Part shown: in pieces, positions 36,130 through 38,306 of the stretch
How positions within the stretch are numbered: the first letter of the stretch is position 1
Layout: each line of letters opens with the position of its first letter
Origin: Candidatus Omnitrophota bacterium
Lineage (GTDB): Bacteria > Omnitrophota > Gorgyraeia > Gygaellales > Profunditerraquicolaceae
Length of the DNA stretch: 38,306 bases
NCBI GenBank assembly: GCA_049517335.1
Contig: JBEKSD010000015.1
Location: 1 to 38,306 of the forward strand
Direction of reading: 5' to 3'
Program-made: the position numbers and the translations under genes
The notes under the pieces: model-generated
What the model was told of the DNA's origin: nothing
The model's input: only the letters and a program-made list of their open reading frames with translations
Databases searched by the model: none

Positions 36130-37302
36130 TTAATGTTTAAGTAATGATTCGTATATCTGTAATGTTGCTTCAGCTATCTTTTCCGGAGCATATGTTTCTT
36201 CAATACTTTTACGCCCAGCTTGGCCGAATTGCCGCATTAATTGCGGGTTTTTTAGGAGGTAGGCTAATCTTTCTGTTAACTGCCGGGAACTGCCGGGAGT
36301 GAAAAGTAAACCGTTCTCACCATGGCGTATCATAGTATGAAGCCCCCCGATATCGCTGGCAATTACCGGCTTTGCGCAGGCCATTGCCTCAAGGCAAACA
36401 TAAGGATAGTTTTCCCAAATAGAAGGAATAACGCAAACGCTGCTATTGCGATAATATTCCAATAGGTTTTCGCGCGGAATCTGGTCAATCCATATGACCC
36501 TATCAGGATATTTTAATTTTGCTATTTTCTCAAAAAGATAGCTTTTCATCCCGCAATCGGCCCCTATAAGCGTCAAGCGCGATTGCGGCAAACAATCTTG
36601 CAGATAAGAAAAAGCCCTAATCAACGTGTGGATACCTTTACGAAACTCCAACCTGCCTACATATAGAATATACAGGGAATCGTTTAAAAACGCATCACTG
36701 GACGGTTTAAAAAAATTTATATCTACGGGATTAGGTACTAATGGCACATTATCCAAACGTGTTTTAAAATGGCGGGCGGTTAATTCAACTACATCACGGC
36801 TTAATCCTATTTTCCGGGATGCTTTTTGTAACCAGCGCTCTTCAAGCGACTTTATCAGCCGGTAATCCAACGTATCTGGAGTATGGTCTAATGCAAAAGC
36901 AACCGTCTCAGGAGTATGCAACTTTATGATCAAGGGGGGGTGTTTGTGAAAAAAATAATACCAGAACCCTTCTGCTCTTGCTTCAGAGGTCTCAATAAGG
37001 TCAAGGCCGTAATGCTTTACAATTTCATCAATCTTCCCTGAAACTGCCAGACTATATTCCAGCCGTTCTATCAAGCCACCTATTTTGGTGCGTAACCGGT
37101 CCAGAACTTTAAGCCGTTTTGCCTTCACTCTGAATACCGTAACTCCCGCATCAGTATATTCAAGCGGCGTATCCTTAGCACAGGTAACAACAAAAACAGT
37201 ATGGCCTTTTTTAGCCAGAAGGCGCGATACTTCATATATGTAAGTCCCCACTCCTCCGATCAGATCCGGAGGGTAGTCCTTGGAAAGAAAAGCAATTTTC
37301 AT
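36130..37302 (-). CDS. GT4 family glycosyltransferase
   Basis: SKDYPP..GGVGTY, YVGRLEFRKG, PSIWENYPYVCLEAM. Confidence 0.92.
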   Translation of the reverse strand: MKIAFLSKDYPPDLIGGVGTYIYEVSRLLAKKGHTVFVVTCAKDTPLEYTDAGVTVFRVKAKRLKVLDRLRTKIGGLIERLEYSLAVSGKIDEIVKHYGLDLIETSEARAEGFWYYFFHKHPPLIIKLHTPETVAFALDHTPDTLDYRLIKSLEERWLQKASRKIGLSRDVVELTARHFKTRLDNVPLVPNPVDINFFKPSSDAFLNDSLYILYVGRLEFRKGIHTLIRAFSYLQDCLPQSRLTLIGADCGMKSYLFEKIAKLKYPDRVIWIDQIPRENLLEYYRNSSVCVIPSIWENYPYVCLEAMACAKPVIASDIGGLHTMIRHGENGLLFTPGSSRQLTERLAYLLKNPQLMRQFGQAGRKSIEETYAPEKIAEATLQIYESLLKH

Positions 37303-38306
37303 TTCTGAAACATTCTTCTTAGCTTAAGCGGAAACACTATAAAAAATATAAAAAATAAAATTACCCCGAAGAAGGCTACGCTTTGATACATCGACTTAAA
37401 TATTATCTTCATCTTAGCCAATATGCCCATGGTATACAAAGGGGCAAAGTTTTTTCCGGATACAAAATATACCCTTGCCGATTTTGCGCTAGCAAGCCAC
37501 GCCATAATCTTGGCTTTCCTGTATCCATGATAAACTGACGGGCCTATAAGCACTATCGCCTCATCAAAATAGCGGATATTAAATTTTAGCCACACCAAGA
37601 ATAAGCGCATCTTGGTTAGTTTGATATAGCCCGGCTCATACAGTATCAACTCATTTACACTGGTATTACTTCTTAAGCGGTCATAATCAGCTTTAAGAAC
37701 ATTGGCAAATAGCGAAATCCTGGCTGCGGGGAAAAGCGCGCGTAAATCCTGCAGTGCCCGCTCTGTCCCCCCTGCTGAAACATAATATGGCTTAATCACC
37801 AGAATTTGCTTTTCCTTTCGCCTGCCCAATAAATGCACCTTTACAAAATCCATTATACGCCATAAAGGAACTACCAGGTGACGGTAAGTGCGTGAATGCA
37901 GGATAGCCTGAATATAATTTTCTTTTTCAGAGATTATTTTTTGCTGCTGCTCAACCTGGCTACTTAGCGATTCAACTTTGACCTTATTAAGATTACTTAT
38001 TTCTTCAGTCTGCCATAATTTAGTTTTAGTGATTTTTATCTCATCCTTCGCAGATTCAATTTCTCTGATTAAACCGTTAATTTTATCCTGTTGCTGTGCA
38101 GAAAACATGCCTAATTGCTGATACTCTTCCTTTTGCCGCCTTGATTCTATTTTTAGCCTTTCAATTTCTTGCTGCATTTGCCTTAGCTCTTCGCTGCGGC
38201 CGGAGAGTTCTCCTGCCAACGCTTCGCGCTCTTCCTGCAATTCGCTAAACTTCTCTTCGCGGTGAGCTGAATCTAGCTGCAGTAATTCAATCTTATGCTC
38301 TAATGC
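37299..38306 (-). CDS. C-terminal part of a coiled-coil protein with a GT9-like segment and a C-terminal TM helix (5' end outside the window)
   Basis: The frame stays open upstream of 38240 to the edge (ALEHKIELLQLDSAHREEKFSELQEER...). Long Glu/Gln/Lys coiled coil, SRTYRHLVVPLWR, QILVIK...ALQDLRALFPAARISL, hydrophobic C-terminus. Confidence 0.75.
   Translation of the reverse strand, partial: ALEHKIELLQLDSAHREEKFSELQEEREALAGELSGRSEELRQMQQEIERLKIESRRQKEEYQQLGMFSAQQQDKINGLIREIESAKDEIKITKTKLWQTEEISNLNKVKVESLSSQVEQQQKIISEKENYIQAILHSRTYRHLVVPLWRIMDFVKVHLLGRRKEKQILVIKPYYVSAGGTERALQDLRALFPAARISLFANVLKADYDRLRSNTSVNELILYEPGYIKLTKMRLFLVWLKFNIRYFDEAIVLIGPSVYHGYRKAKIMAWLASAKSARVYFVSGKNFAPLYTMGILAKMKIIFKSMYQSVAFFGVILFFIFFIVFPLKLRRMFQK

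Noticed and set aside
2181-36865. Many plus-strand and nested ORFs in the ORF track
   Set aside because: They are antisense or alternate-frame shadows of well-supported minus-strand genes and carry no recognisable motifs.

Overview
A gene-dense bacterial chromosomal window with about 35 CDSs, all on the minus strand and often translationally coupled. The gene content suggests Ca. Omnitrophota, but this is inference. In transcription order (right to left): a surface-glycan locus (coiled-coil protein, GT4 glycosyltransferases, three radical SAM/SPASM domains, one fused to a GT4); a tRNA-binding domain, YkgJ and DUF2156 trio; a DEDDh exonuclease-WYL fusion; pabB and pabC; a Kae1-only hypF with hypC and hypD; a DUF3857 transglutaminase; a PilZ-TM-coiled-coil-glycosidase-like fusion; an HhH-GPD glycosylase; an M20 peptidase, PAC2, hypE and a degenerate UPF0280 protein. 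A separately promoted run follows, with an attenuator-like leader: two Ddl-like ATP-grasp ligases, KamA, an atypical EF-G and a P-loop-less YchF. It continues into purH, folC, mnmE, folE, a PKD lipoprotein and two TMTC-like GT-C/TPR genes. Best candidates for novel biology: the ATP-grasp/KamA/EF-G2/YchF-like operon, the radical SAM-glycosyltransferase locus, the PilZ-glycosidase fusion, and heptamer/hairpin repeats inserted in-frame in mnmE and hypD. No rRNA, tRNA, CRISPR array or transposase was seen. All annotations come from motif recognition by eye, without database searches.
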